Assembly: GCA_016748015.1 (NCBI GenBank)
Contig: JAAOMT010000135.1
Span: 802,018-866,017, forward strand
DNA: 64,000 bases
DNA from: Geosiphon pyriformis uo1
Taxonomy: Eukaryota; Fungi; Glomeromycota
Direction of reading: 5' to 3'
Numbering within the stretch: position 1 is the first letter of the stretch; each line of letters opens with the position of its first letter. The notes beneath the pieces were generated by a model. That model searched no databases. It worked only from the letters and a program-made list of their open reading frames with translations, and was not told the DNA's origin. This document shows, piece after piece, positions 51,201 through 63,000 of the stretch. The position numbers were made by a program, and so were the translations under genes.

Positions 51201-52910
51201 TCAGCCCTTCAAACAACTTTTTGGCAGGTGTGGTTCATATTTTTTCTAGATGTAATTTGTCTTTGGGTGGTTCTCTGGCCAGTGTTTTTTGTCTTTGGTG
51301 TAGTACTCCTGTCTTTAGTACTTGGTAAGATAATTTTTTTCAAATGTGTCTCTTCCTTCAGATGTTATGGTATTGCTTTTGTAAAACAGCTTTGTGACCA
51401 GAATGACATTGTTTTTGATTGGAAGACTTTCAAGTATTGGAAGAGACTGGACCCCCGTGGCCCGGTCCCTTCTTGGTTTGATCTATCTGTACATTTTCTT
51501 GGTGATATAGCTTCTCCTTCTGGTCATTCCCCTTATAAGGGTGTTGGTGGTTTTTCTGACATCTGTTAGTCTCTTGGTTTTGGTGTTATTTGTAATGATC
51601 TGTTGAGTGTAGGTGCTGCCCACCTTTCTGTGTATACAGATGGGTTTCTGAATAACTTGGGCACTGTTAACATGTTGGCTGGTACTGCAGTTTTCTTTGA
51701 GGACATTGATTTGGGTCAGGGTGTGGAGGTTTTTGGTTTGGTTTCTTTTACTTTGGCAGAGTTGCAGGCCATTGCTTTGGCACTTGAGTGTGTTCCTTCT
51801 TTTTATTCAGTTGACTTGTTCTCAGACAGCCAGACAGCTATTGATGCTTGCAGGTCGGAGTCTTTATCAGTTGGCCCTAATTTCAGGAATTGTTGTTGGA
51901 TTGAGCATTGTCACATCGCCAATGTCATTCATCGCAAAAATTTGAATGTTAATTGAATTAAGGTTAAGGGCCATTCGGGTGTCTCAGACAACAAGCGTGC
52001 TGATGTGCTAGCTAAGAATGCTGCCCTTTTTGCCTGGCACCTGTTCCACTTGATCAGTGAGAGGTTTTTGAAGGCTGGTGTTGATATGGTTTCTGGTAAT
52101 TCAAGGCATTTTGTTTGTGACATATTCAAGTCAATCCATTGCATGCATTAGGAGGTTGGTTCTGGGTCCCAGGTTGTTCCAGGTTGTTTGCATGCTAATA
52201 TTGACTGGTTGAGGTCCTCTCTGGTGTGGCACTTGGATTCCTACATGGCGACTGGTTTTACTAGTATTTGAATGACTGGCTTTCATACATATTTCATGAA
52301 AGCCCTTTATCATCGTCTTCCTGTTGCTGTGCAAAAGCATCTATATAATAGGTATCCCAGTGTGGTTTGTTTGTTCTGTGGTGAGGTTGAAATCTCAGAC
52401 CATGTTTTTTCTTGCTCTTCTGATGCTGATGGTCGCGCCAATTTGTTAGACACTTATGCAGCTGTCTGGGAGGTGCGTTTTGGTCTGTTTCGTTTTTCTT
52501 TGTGCATATTACAGTTGTTGTCGACTTGCATTTCAAATATGACTGTCAGTATGGCTCTGTGTAAGGGTTTTGTTTTCAGCAATTGGTATTGCGAGTCTGT
52601 TTCTGTTTACAAGGATCTTAAGGTGGCAGTAGTCAATATTGTGAATTTTGTACAGGAGTTTTGTCTTGCATTTTGTGATAATATCTGGCTGGTCCATGTG
52701 AAACACTGGGCCATTATGGAGAAGAATAAGTTGATTTCATGTAATAGTTCTATTCCTGTCACTGTTTCTGGTTTTTCTGCACAGCTTTTGGCTGGAGTGA
52801 TTAGGTTGTTGAGTGTTGCTGATGCACTCGGCATTAGTTTTGGATATCATAAGCATTTTTTGTTTTATGCAGATGTTGGTGACATGGCTTCTGTTTATAT
52901 AAGTGCGTAG
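48228..52910 (+). pseudogene. LINE ORF2 (AP endonuclease, RT, RNase H, C-terminal Zn finger)
   Basis: APE: CNVHGLN, TESKL, GGDFNE, IDYVF, TNHKAV. RT: KAYDSV, QGEVF.PLLW, AFVDDT. RNase H: VYTDG, AELQAI, FSDSQ, KVKGHSG..NKRAD. Zn finger: CLFCGEVEISDHVFSC. Several in-frame stops. Confidence 0.92.
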
Positions 52911-53225
52911 TGTTGTTCTGACTAGTCTGAGTGTCTGGTTATGTGTAGCAAAGGCATGATTCATGCCTAGTTTAGATCATTTGTATGATGTATAACACTA
53001 GGTGGTGTTTGGACTCCACTTGTTAAACTTTAATAATAATAAAAAAAAACTTTCTTTATAATCACACCTTTTAGTCAGCACATTTGTGGTAACTATAGAG
53101 AAATGAGACTATAAAAAATAATTAATATCTTATCACATGATCTATATATCACATACATAATATAATAACTAATTATATATATTTTATTTAAAAAAACTAT
53201 CTATTTGCAACTGTTTTTTCTCTTC

Positions 53226-54742
53226 TTAAATTTTGAGAACAGTATTACAAATTAATGTTCTCAAAGTTTTAAAAAAGTCTGAATCAACTTTTTCACTATA
53301 TTGCTCTTCACAATAGTACAATGTATCTTTAAATGCAATTTTATTTTGATGTGTAGATAGCAAAGGCAAAGGTTTATCTTTATTTTTACTTTCTAAATCT
53401 TTATTTGTATTAGAATTTCTACTATACTTGTTGTTAATAAGATCTACAATTTCATTTTCTGAGACATAAGTGAATAATAGTTCAAACTTGTTAATATTAA
53501 TGAAGTCTATTGTCAATAGCTTGTCAATATCAATGTGCTCAATAAAAACTTGTACTTTTTGTAAGAGTTTTCGTTCAATATCTAATGGATGAGCTGACAT
53601 TTGACTATTATTCAGAATTCCCATATGACGCCAACAGTTTTGGATTGTAGTTGTTGTTACTGCTGACCACGTATTAATTAGAAAGTCAACTATATCCTTT
53701 AATGTTACTGTTGATATTGAAATCATGTCATCATACTGATTAATAAGATAGAAAAGAAACAACTTTCAGTATTGTGCCTTAAAGAATGCAATAATTCCTG
53801 CATTTAATGGTTGCAAATGGGATGTTGTATTGGATAGTAGGTATCTAATCATAATATTAGATAATACGGAAAATTTTCTACCATGGAGACCAGCATTATC
53901 AAGCAATAGCAAAATCTTTTTTTTTTTGTGACGCATTTTTTCATTTAATAAATTAAGCCATTTACTAAAAATATTGGTTTGCATCCATGCTTTTATATTG
54001 TAATGATAAGTAATTGGAAGTGCATTCATATTAATATTGTGAAAACATCATGGCTTTGTAGCTTTGCTGATAATTAAAGACTGCAACTTGATCCTGCCTG
54101 TTGTATTACAAGCAAAAAGTATGATAATTTAACTCTTATCATGCTTGGTGCCAGAAGTAGATCTTGTTGTCAAAGTTGTATTTGGTGGCATTCTAAAGAA
54201 TAATGCTGTCTTATCGGCATTGTAAACATCATTTAAATCATATTCACTAATAATCTCATGCAGTTTCTCTCATTTTTCTGGTAAAATTTCTAAGGAGACA
54301 CTGTTTGCTTTGCCATGCATCTTAATATGATGCAAATTATGATGTTTCTTGAACTTTTCTAACCAACCATCTGATGTTTTAAAGTTATTTTCTTTCAGAA
54401 ACTTTTTAGCAAACTTGAGAGCTTTTGTTTGTAAAATTTTCCAGTAAGAATGCAGTTGGTAGCTAGTGCTTTAAGCATTCATTCTCCTAGTGCATCATTT
54501 ATTTTCAAAAACATCTCTTTTCTGTCCTTTGTCAATTGACCAGAGTTGTCAGATACATTTTTTTCAATCCATTGGTCTGATTTTGCAAATATCTTTGTTA
54601 TAATGAAGTGATCAACCTTTAGATTAAATATTTTGATAAGTCTATTTGCTGAGTAGTCAAGATGCTCTAATTTGTACTGGCAAAGAGCCTTTTTAGTCTC
54701 CAAAAAAATTGCTGCTCACTTTTGGTTCGTGTTTTTTGGCAT
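53226..54742 (-). pseudogene. pogo/CENP-B family transposase remnant
   Basis: FKTSDGWLEKFKKHH (CENP-B HTH), VYNADKTALF, KAWMQTNIF, LLLLDNAGLH, LQPLNAGII and TIQNCWRH. Confidence 0.88.
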
Positions 54743-54959
54743 ATTAATAAGAACACACTTTTTATTGCATTTTGCTTTTATAATGTGTTGATGTATCTGT
54801 TATGTCTCAAATGTCATTTTGCCTTATATCTAATCAGACATGTGAAGTGTCTCATGTTATATAAAGTGCCCCAGATTATAAAAAGTGGCCAAATTATAAA
54901 AATAAAGATTTTAATTCAACTGTAGGATTCTAAGTGCAAATGACAGATTTTTGGTAAAA

Positions 54960-56110
54960 AGAAACCTAATTTCGATAATACATCTGCAACACTTTTTGCC
55001 TCTTACCCCCAACTAATGATCAATAATAAAAACTGTCAATTTGATCCTCCGTATACTTACATAATTGCATAGAAGATAACACAATATTATGTTGTCAAGC
55101 TCTCCAAATACAGCAATGCCTATATCAATTAGAATATTGATATAAAATACTTTGCACAATGTTAAGGATATTGGAGTAAAAGTCAACTGCAGTTTTTTAA
55201 AAAATGTCCTGATCATCATAAGTTGTGAGATTTAATATGTAATATATATAAGCATGTAATGGCTTTCAAATTAATGTGGCTATATATTGTTTTTAAGGAA
55301 AATCCATCTGTTGAAAGTTACTTAGAATGGGCCCAAAATAAAACAGATTTCATGTTTAGGTTAAAGTATGAACAAGTCTTTTTTTATTTACAAGCAATTA
55401 TTAACTTTTGTACTGAAGTTTGTTTCAATAGGTCTTCATTAAGACTCATGGCTAGACAAATGTTTGCACCAATTTGGTCTGCTTAGCACTATCCTATTTA
55501 CTAATTAATTGAAATTGCTGATGAAAAACAATGGCTATGATTGAAGCCTAAAGTTTGCAAGCTGATTCAAAAAAGAATTGTAATTTCTCAATTTAAACTT
55601 TCAAATCAACATCAAGACCATGATGTAATACTTGAAAAAATTAACAAAATGCTCAAATTGTTGATTCTTTCTACATTTTTACAACAGCATTGGGAAATTG
55701 CAATATGTAACTATATCAAATTTGAGAAATTGCATATTAATCTCTTTAATGTTATTGAATATTCTAAAAGTAAAATATACAGATCTTGTACACGTTCTAG
55801 CTTTATTGCTGAATCAAATTAATTTCAAGTTCAGATAAAAAAGACACAGTTTGTAAATCCAAATATCTCTAATCATGTTTTTCATAATATTGGCCATGAA
55901 TGGATATTAAGCAAAAAAATAAAAAATTCAGTGAAATTGCATGGATGAAAAGAATAGACTTTCTTAAAGCAAGGCAAATTAAGAAAACATTGTTAAATAC
56001 TTGGAAACCAATTCCAGTAACAAGTGAAAAAACAGATCATCAAAAAATGTAAATTTGTTAATAAAATCACAACTATTACCTATTATTAACTCTTTAATAT
56101 CTCTTTTAAG
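54960..56110 (+). pseudogene. Degenerate repeat-family ORF, possibly a DUF6589-like putative transposase
   Basis: One frame with scattered stops: FFKKCPDHHK...LKYEQVFFYLQAIINF...FAPIWSA.HYPIY...HQDHDVILEKINK. The family assignment is from memory and weak. Confidence 0.4.
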
Positions 56111-56900
56111 TGATTATGTTTTCGAAACTTATCAAGTTAATTGTGTGACAGCCTAATAAATATCCTTTAAGAAGTTAGAAATATATTGTATTGTGTACAG
56201 TTTTGTTTATCTTGGGTTGGGTGTATTACCATTTATAATTGGCATTTTTAAAACATGATATGTTGAGTCTAGGTCCGAATCTTCATTCTGTGTGATTATG
56301 TTTGGATTATGAAAAACATTCAACACAGATTTATTTGCCCCAAAAAAGTTGATTTTTAATATATTTTTAAAACTATCAGTCAAACTTTTGCTTGCTAATA
56401 TTAAATATTGGTCGAATAATAAATATAATTGCTAGTATGGAGTCTTTTTTTAATTGCAGATGTCAAAATTGGTGTGAAAATGTATTTATTGGATATATAT
56501 CAGAATCTTTATGCTCTGAGTTTTATTACTAGTCACATTTCTCTTCCTAAAGAAAAGTAAATTCAAATTCTGTTTCCAGTTGATTTGCTTGAGCAATGTC
56601 TCATTAACAAACTTGTTCCCAGAGAATTCCATTAGGCCATTATTCTCGCTTGTAAATCTGTTAATTCCTTCTCCCAATATGGAGAAAAGTAATCTTGTTA
56701 GCCAAAGTTTGATTCAGAATAACTTCATCAATACCTACAGCAACAGTCTCCAAAGCACTATCAGCCTCTAAAGCACTACCAGTCTTCAAAGTACCAAGAG
56801 CAGCAGTACTGTACTATATGTCAACTATTATTAAAACTCTCATAATATCTACAAACAACAAGCCAGATATAATAGTTCCATCATTGTCTTCTGATGGTGG

Positions 56901-57738
56901 TGTTACAAATGATTCTTTGGGGTCTCGAATCAAATAACAAACCCATAACTTGGTGCTCAAAAGCTATTTCCATTGATGATGTTTTGAAAGTGTTGTATTT
57001 GAAGGTTTTGATGGAGTTCTTTGTATAATGGACAGAGGTTCAATAGTTGTTTTATCCGTAGCTTCCCAAACTTGCAAGTCTGTTAATTTTTTTTTCAGCT
57101 TGGTGACTGGCAATCCTCTGGTAAGTAATCTGTATCTTCTGTACATGTCCTACCCTCTTGCAGAGGTTTTTTACTAGGCAATCCTTGATGTCAGTAATCA
57201 GTGCTTTCAATCAATTGGTTAGTGCACAATAACAAAATCACAGAAAATAAAGAAATCTAAAGAAATAAGCCAAGGCGAGTTTCAGATTAGTATCTTATTA
57301 ATAGCCATGATCAAGAGCTATTGTTCCAGTGTGGTTAAGTATCAATTACTATTAACATGAAGTGTTAATAGTGGAAAATGGATTGAGATATGAAATAATT
57401 ATTTATTTGATAATTGTGTTTCTAGCTAAGGATTCTGTAGTATTAATTCTGTCTTTTTTGTTTCTAATACTACTGCTATATATACATATTTGAGATTCCT
57501 TAATTCCTCAATTCCTTGCAACAAGAATCCTGGAATTCCTGGAATCCTGCGATTCCTGATGAGAGGAATCCTGGAATTCTGGAATCTTGTAATTCCTCAT
57601 CAGGGAATTCTAAAATTCCTGGAATCCTGCAATTCTTCTGAGAAGAATTCTGGAATTCCACATTTACTACGTCTATCTCTGATTGGCTAATATCTACTGA
57701 CTAATAATACTATATTTTTCTATATTCTATGAGTAACA
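56901..57738 (-). repeat. 3' LTR (838 bp)
   Basis: Minus-strand TGTTACTCATAG...TGTAACA termini, homologous to the two solo LTRs. Confidence 0.92.
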
Positions 57739-57753
57739 TTATTCTCTCCTTTT
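57739..57753 (-). promoter_or_regulatory. Polypurine tract
   Basis: AAAAGGAGAGAATAA immediately 5' of the 3' LTR on the minus strand. Confidence 0.85.
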
Positions 57754-58381
57754 AATATTGAGCTCCATCGAAATTTAATTCCTTTAATTCTTCCTTTTGA
57801 ATTATTTTTTGAACTTCTTTTTCGAGTATTACTTGTGTTATTTGAATTTGTAATTCTTCAAATTGGGCGTTGGTCATTTTTCCCAATTGATTACTTATAA
57901 CTGTGTTCATTGCTGTGTTGAATAAAATTTCTGGTCAGTCTTGAAATTTCATATATAGCCGGTAGATGGCTCAAGCTTGTGTGATTAAATTGTTCTTTCC
58001 CACAAATTGTTCCAATTGTCTCAGTATTGTTGTGTTAAATAACTGTTTTGTTCTGTTGGTGTACAAATTCTGGATATTTACGTGTTGTCCCAAGTAAAAA
58101 TGACAATAGTTTTTCGGAAATTGTTGTGTTCACCAAGTCCAAGTTTCTCTGGTAAGGTCTTGGTATAATTTGACTATTTGTTGTTTGTTTATGGCCAATT
58201 TTATCTTGGTCATAATCTTGTCAACAACATTTTCAAGTCTTTTCTGTGCTTTGTGTTGTGGTATCTTTGCCATATTTTTATAACAAATGGTTTGTTAATT
58301 AATTGTAATTTCCATTTCTTGGTGTTAGATCAATTAAAAGAGTTGTTGTGCTAGTAAGTAGATGTTGTCAGTTATTTCCAT
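57752..58381 (-). pseudogene. Putative extra ORF (about 209 aa) between pol and the PPT
   Basis: Single frame from ATG 58381 to TAA 57754-57752 with six internal stops, all TAA/TGA (one C>T from CAA/CGA). Confidence 0.55.
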
Positions 58382-60106
58382 TTTTCTGGTATCTTTTGTC
58401 GCATTGACCATGTTTTTATATACTCTTTTGTTGTTTAATTTTACATGTTTGGTCTAATAATTATGATTGGTTTCCAGTCTCGTGGAATCTTATCTGGTTG
58501 GATTAGTATTCTTTGTACTCCCAGCTGTAGAATATTATTGGTAAATGCTAATGCTATTTGGTAATATGGTTTTAGTTAATCACTATGTGCTGCTTTGGCT
58601 AAGATTCTGTTGTCCAGTTTTAATTTGTAAGCTCTATTTCCTAGAATTTTTTCTATGTGAAATGGTCCGTCCCATTTGGGGTCAAATTTCTCACTCCATT
58701 GTTTTTCCACTTTAGTATGATGTAAAAGTACTTTGTCTTCAATCTTAAATTCAACTGGTTTGTCTGGTAGTTGACTATTGTGTTTTTTTTTCTGTTTTTT
58801 TTGTGACTTTTGAATATTATCAGCTGCTTTTCTTCGTTTGTTTTCCAATGTTTCTATTAAGTCTTATGTTCTTCTCAGCAATGTTTCTTGAAAATTTTTT
58901 TCTGTTATTGGTTTAACTGGATATGTATTAATTTCTCTCTCTACTGGTAATATTGCTGTTCTACCGTATACTAATTCAAATGGTATTGTTTGTGTAGTAT
59001 CTTGCTTCATTGTCTGATAAGCAAATAATACTGATAATATAAACAAATCTCATTTGTTCTGGTTTTTTTGGCTGAGTTTGACAATTGCTTCACACAATGT
59101 TTTATTAAATCTTTCAACTAGACCATTTGTTTATGGATAATATGGTGATGATAGTGGTCTCTTAATTCCGAATCTCTGGCTTAATTCTGCTAATGTTCTA
59201 TTCACAAAGTGGGTTCCTTGGTCTGATAATAGTTCTTTTGGACATCCATGTTGACAGATCAAATCTTGATGAATAAATTCGGCAACAGATTCTACATTTA
59301 CTCTTTGAATTGCTTTCGCCTCTGGCCATTTAGTGAGATAGTTCATGGCTACTGCTATATATTTGTTTCTTCTGCTGGTGATTGTTAATGGTCCGACTAA
59401 ATCAATTCCAATCTGGTCAAATGGTTGTCCTACTTTGATTGGTCTTAATGGTTTACTGGGTCTTGTTCCTCCTTTTTGCTGACAAGCATCACAATTTTGA
59501 ACATATTGAATGATGTCTGGGTACATTAATGGCCAATAGTATCTTTTTCTGGTTCTTTCCATGGTTGTTTCTTTATGAAAATGTCCTGCAGTTGGATCTG
59601 AGTGCATGTTGAACAGTATTGTTTCCTTTTCTGGTTTTGTAATTACTCTGGTTGGTTGATCTGAATCTTTTCTATTTTTCTGATAAAGTATATTTTAGTG
59701 AGTGATAAAATATTTGGATTGTTGTTTGATCCTCTTTTGTTCTGGTTAAGATAATTTCTTCTTGAACTGTTGAGTATCTATATAATGTTGAAGTTGTTGA
59801 TATTTTTGTGTGTTCATCTTTTGTTATATTTTTGTGAGTATTGTTTTGGTTTTGTTATATTTTTGGGTTGAAATGTCCTTAGATTTGTCTCATTCATGAT
59901 AAACCATCAGCATTTCTGTTGTCTTTTCCCTTTTTATAAAGTATCGTATAATTATATGGTGCAAGTACCATTTTCCATCTAAATTGGCAGCCATCATCAC
60001 ATTCTTGCTTTTGAAGTGATGTTAATTCTTTATGATCCATATATATATCAATCTTTTGCTTAAGTATTTGTTCCACTTCATAACTGCCCAATAGATTGCT
60101 AAGTGT

Positions 60107-61005
60107 TGTTACTCATAGAAATATAGGAAATATATTAACATAATTATTAACCAATCAGAAGTAAGCGTAGTAAATGTGGAATTCCAGGATTCCTCTTAGG
60201 AATTGCAGAATTCCAAGAATTTCAGGATTCCCAACAAGGAATTGCAGGATTTCAGAATTCCAGGATTCCTCTCAAAAGAATCACAGGATTCCAGGAATTC
60301 CAGAATTCCTGTCATGAAGAATCGAGGAATTGAGGAATCCCAATTATGTATATATAGCAGTAGTATTAGAAACAGAAAAGACAGAATTGATACCACAGAA
60401 TCCTTAGCCAAGAAACCAATCATCAAATAAATAATTATTCCATATCTCAATTCACTATTCACTATCAACACTTCATGTTGATAGTAATTGCTACTTAACC
60501 ACACTGGAACAATAGCTCTTAATCATGGCTATTGACAAGATACTAACGGACCAAATTGCCTTGGCTTATTTTCTTTATTTGCTTTATTTTTATTTTTTAT
60601 TTTTTTTATTTTATTTCCTTTCTTTCTTTGATTTTGTTGTTGTATACTAATTAATAAAAAGATTAAGCACTGAGTTATTGACGTCAAGAATAGTCTGGTA
60701 AAAGACCCAGAAATAAGGGTAGGATTTTATATATATTATCGGATAGCTTACCAGAAGGGCACAACTGCCAGACTAAATCTGGCCACCACGCTGAGAAAGA
60801 AATTGGGAAAACCACTTGAGGATACAACCACTATCAATCTTATTGAATCTCTGTCCATTGTACAAAAAACTCCACAACAAAATCTTCAGATCAACCAAAA
60901 CCTTCAGATACTATACCTTCCACACATCATTCACAAAAGTAGCTTTTGAGCACCAAGTTACGAGTTTATTATTCAATTCCACAACAGAAATAATCACCTG
61001 TAACA
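60107..61005 (+). mobile_element. Solo LTR (899 bp) inserted antisense into the Gypsy RNase H
   Basis: TGTTA...TAACA termini and TSD GTGT (60103-60106 / 61006-61009). Excision restores the frame EQEHLAIYWAV. Confidence 0.93.
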
Positions 61006-62609
61006 GTGTTCTTGTTCTGGTGTTCCATAGTTTTTTTTGGCTGGTGTTAGACCTCGGCTGGCATATGCTACTGGATGTTCTCTGCTGTCTGGTCCTCTCT
61101 GAGATAGTACTGCTCCCAATGCTTGGCCAGATGCATTGGTGGTAATGATAAATGGTTTGCTGTGATCTGAAAAGATCAGTACTAAAGCTTGGATAAGCTT
61201 TCTTTTCAGAATATCAAAAGCTTCTTGTTGACTTTCTGTCCATTCATATTTTGTATTTTTGTTTTGCAGTTGGTTGAGTAACTGCACTATCTTGGAGAAG
61301 TTCTTGATAAAACATTAATAATAGCTGGCAAATTCCAAGAATGATTTCAGTTCTGTTATATTGGTTGGCACTGGAAAGTTCTTTACTATCTCTATTTTCT
61401 CTGGATCCATTTTGATGCTATCTTTGCTGATTATGTGTTCCAAGAATTTTAGTTCTGTCTTGTTGAAGAAGCACTTTGTTGTATTTAACTTTAGTCCTGC
61501 TCTTCTTAGTCTTTCGAACACTTGTTAAAAATGATGAAGATGATCATCAAACGTTTTTAAGAATACATTGGTGTTGTCCAAGTATACAACTACTGATTTC
61601 CATAATAAGCCAGTATAAACAATTTCCATTAGCTGTTGGAAAGTGGCTGGAGCATTGGTTAAGCCAAATGGCATCACTTCAAATTCAAAATTCCCTTCTC
61701 TAGTGGTGAATGCTGTCTTTTCTTTGTCAGCTGGATTTATGGCTACTTGCCAATAACCACTATCCAAGTCTAATGTTAAGAACCATTTGTTTCCACTGAA
61801 AGCATCAAATAATTCCTGTATTTGTGAAGTTGGATAGCTGTTTCCACGAATTACACTGTTGAGTTTCCTGTAGTTCACACAAAATTGGATTTTTCCATTC
61901 TTTTTACAGACAAGTACTACTAGTGACAACCATGGGCTTATTAATGGTTGAATTAGCCCATTGTCCAGCATTCGGTTTATCTCTTGATGAATGATCTTAT
62001 GACTGGCTGGCAGCACTCTGTATGCTCTTTGTTTAATTGGCATTGCATCTTCAGTCTTAATTTAATGCTGGATAATGTCAGTTTGGCCAAACTCGTTTTT
62101 ATTGACAAAGATGTCCTTGAAATTGTTAAGCAACATTTTGAGCTGCATATGTTGGAGTGGATCTAAGTTTCCTATGTTCATTTGTTCTAATTGTTCTGGT
62201 TGGAGTAAATAATATTTGTCTTGTCTATAGATTGTTTGTGATGTAATGTCAACATATCCACAAAGTTGTAGAAAGTCTAGAATGGGGTTTGGTGGTTGGT
62301 TTTCTATTTCTGTGGTTAAATATCTAATGGTGGTTCTTTTTGGTATGTTGATGACTTTGCCAGTGTTGTTGTAGATAGGAATTTTTATGCGGCTATAGCT
62401 TTTGGCTGGTATGTGGAGATTGATTAGTCCAATCTCTCCTGATTTACAAAGGTTTGCTTCAGCTTCAAAAATCTGTTCTTTGCTCCTTTTCCTTCCTTTC
62501 TATTGCTAGCATGTGCTGACTATATGGTGGAATGGAAATAGCTTGACTGGTTGAGATAATTTCTCCTTGGCCAACAATTTCTTCCTCCATTATATTAACT
62601 GGTACATCT

Positions 62610-63000
62610 ATTCTATCTGTTGACCCAAATCCCTGTATCCCTCTTGCTGTTATTCCTAACTCTTCCCTATTTCCCACTGGTACTAACTGAGCTATCTTAA
62701 CCAATAGTAAGAATATTGCCTATGCTATCTTTTCATTTGGCTCTATTATATAGGCTTTTTTTGAGTCATTTTGTAGCATAGTGATGATATTTCCTACATA
62801 TCCTGCATTAATTATTCTTCTTTTTATATTAATCCCTCTTTTTGCTAAACTACTTCAGAATGCTAGTTGAACCATTATTGTTGCTGGGATTTCCAGTGCT
62901 ATTTTCAGATCAATACAAGTGCGCAAATGTGGTTCCAATTTGATAACATTTTTTTCAGGATATCTCAGCTCAAACTCTGCATCGATATTATGCGCTCATT
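62610..63000 (-). pseudogene. dUTPase domain within Gypsy pol, upstream of RT
   Basis: All five trimeric dUTPase motifs are recognisable: DAEFEL (DAGFDL), *SSL (RSSL), IINAGYVG (IIDAGYxG), IA* (IAQ) and RGIQGFGST. Confidence 0.88.

Larger units (their letters stand above)
46231..53049 (+). mobile_element. Full-length but mutated non-LTR retrotransposon (ORF1 + APE-RT-RNase H ORF2)
   Basis: Two ORFs, 3' tail (TAA)n-A-run at 53031-53049, and flanking duplication AACTCTCT (46223-46230) / AACTTTCT (53048-53055). Confidence 0.92.
46218..54925 (-). mobile_element. pogo/Tigger-like DNA transposon, split at its left TIR by a LINE
   Basis: Removing the LINE reconstitutes TA|CAGTGAACTCTCTTTATAATCACACC. 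A transposase remnant lies at 54742-53226. The right end is uncertain (TTCAACTG|TA near 54920 only partly matches). Confidence 0.6.

Noticed and set aside
57490-57690. Repeat array and ORFs in the LTRs (also 60196-60504) as CRISPR or a protein repeat
   Set aside because: Units are 8-9 bp with no unique spacers and lie in LTR U3; eukaryotic context with no cas genes.
58441-58580. Chromodomain at the integrase C-terminus
   Set aside because: No Y.VKW.G-type motif; pol ends shortly after the GPF module.
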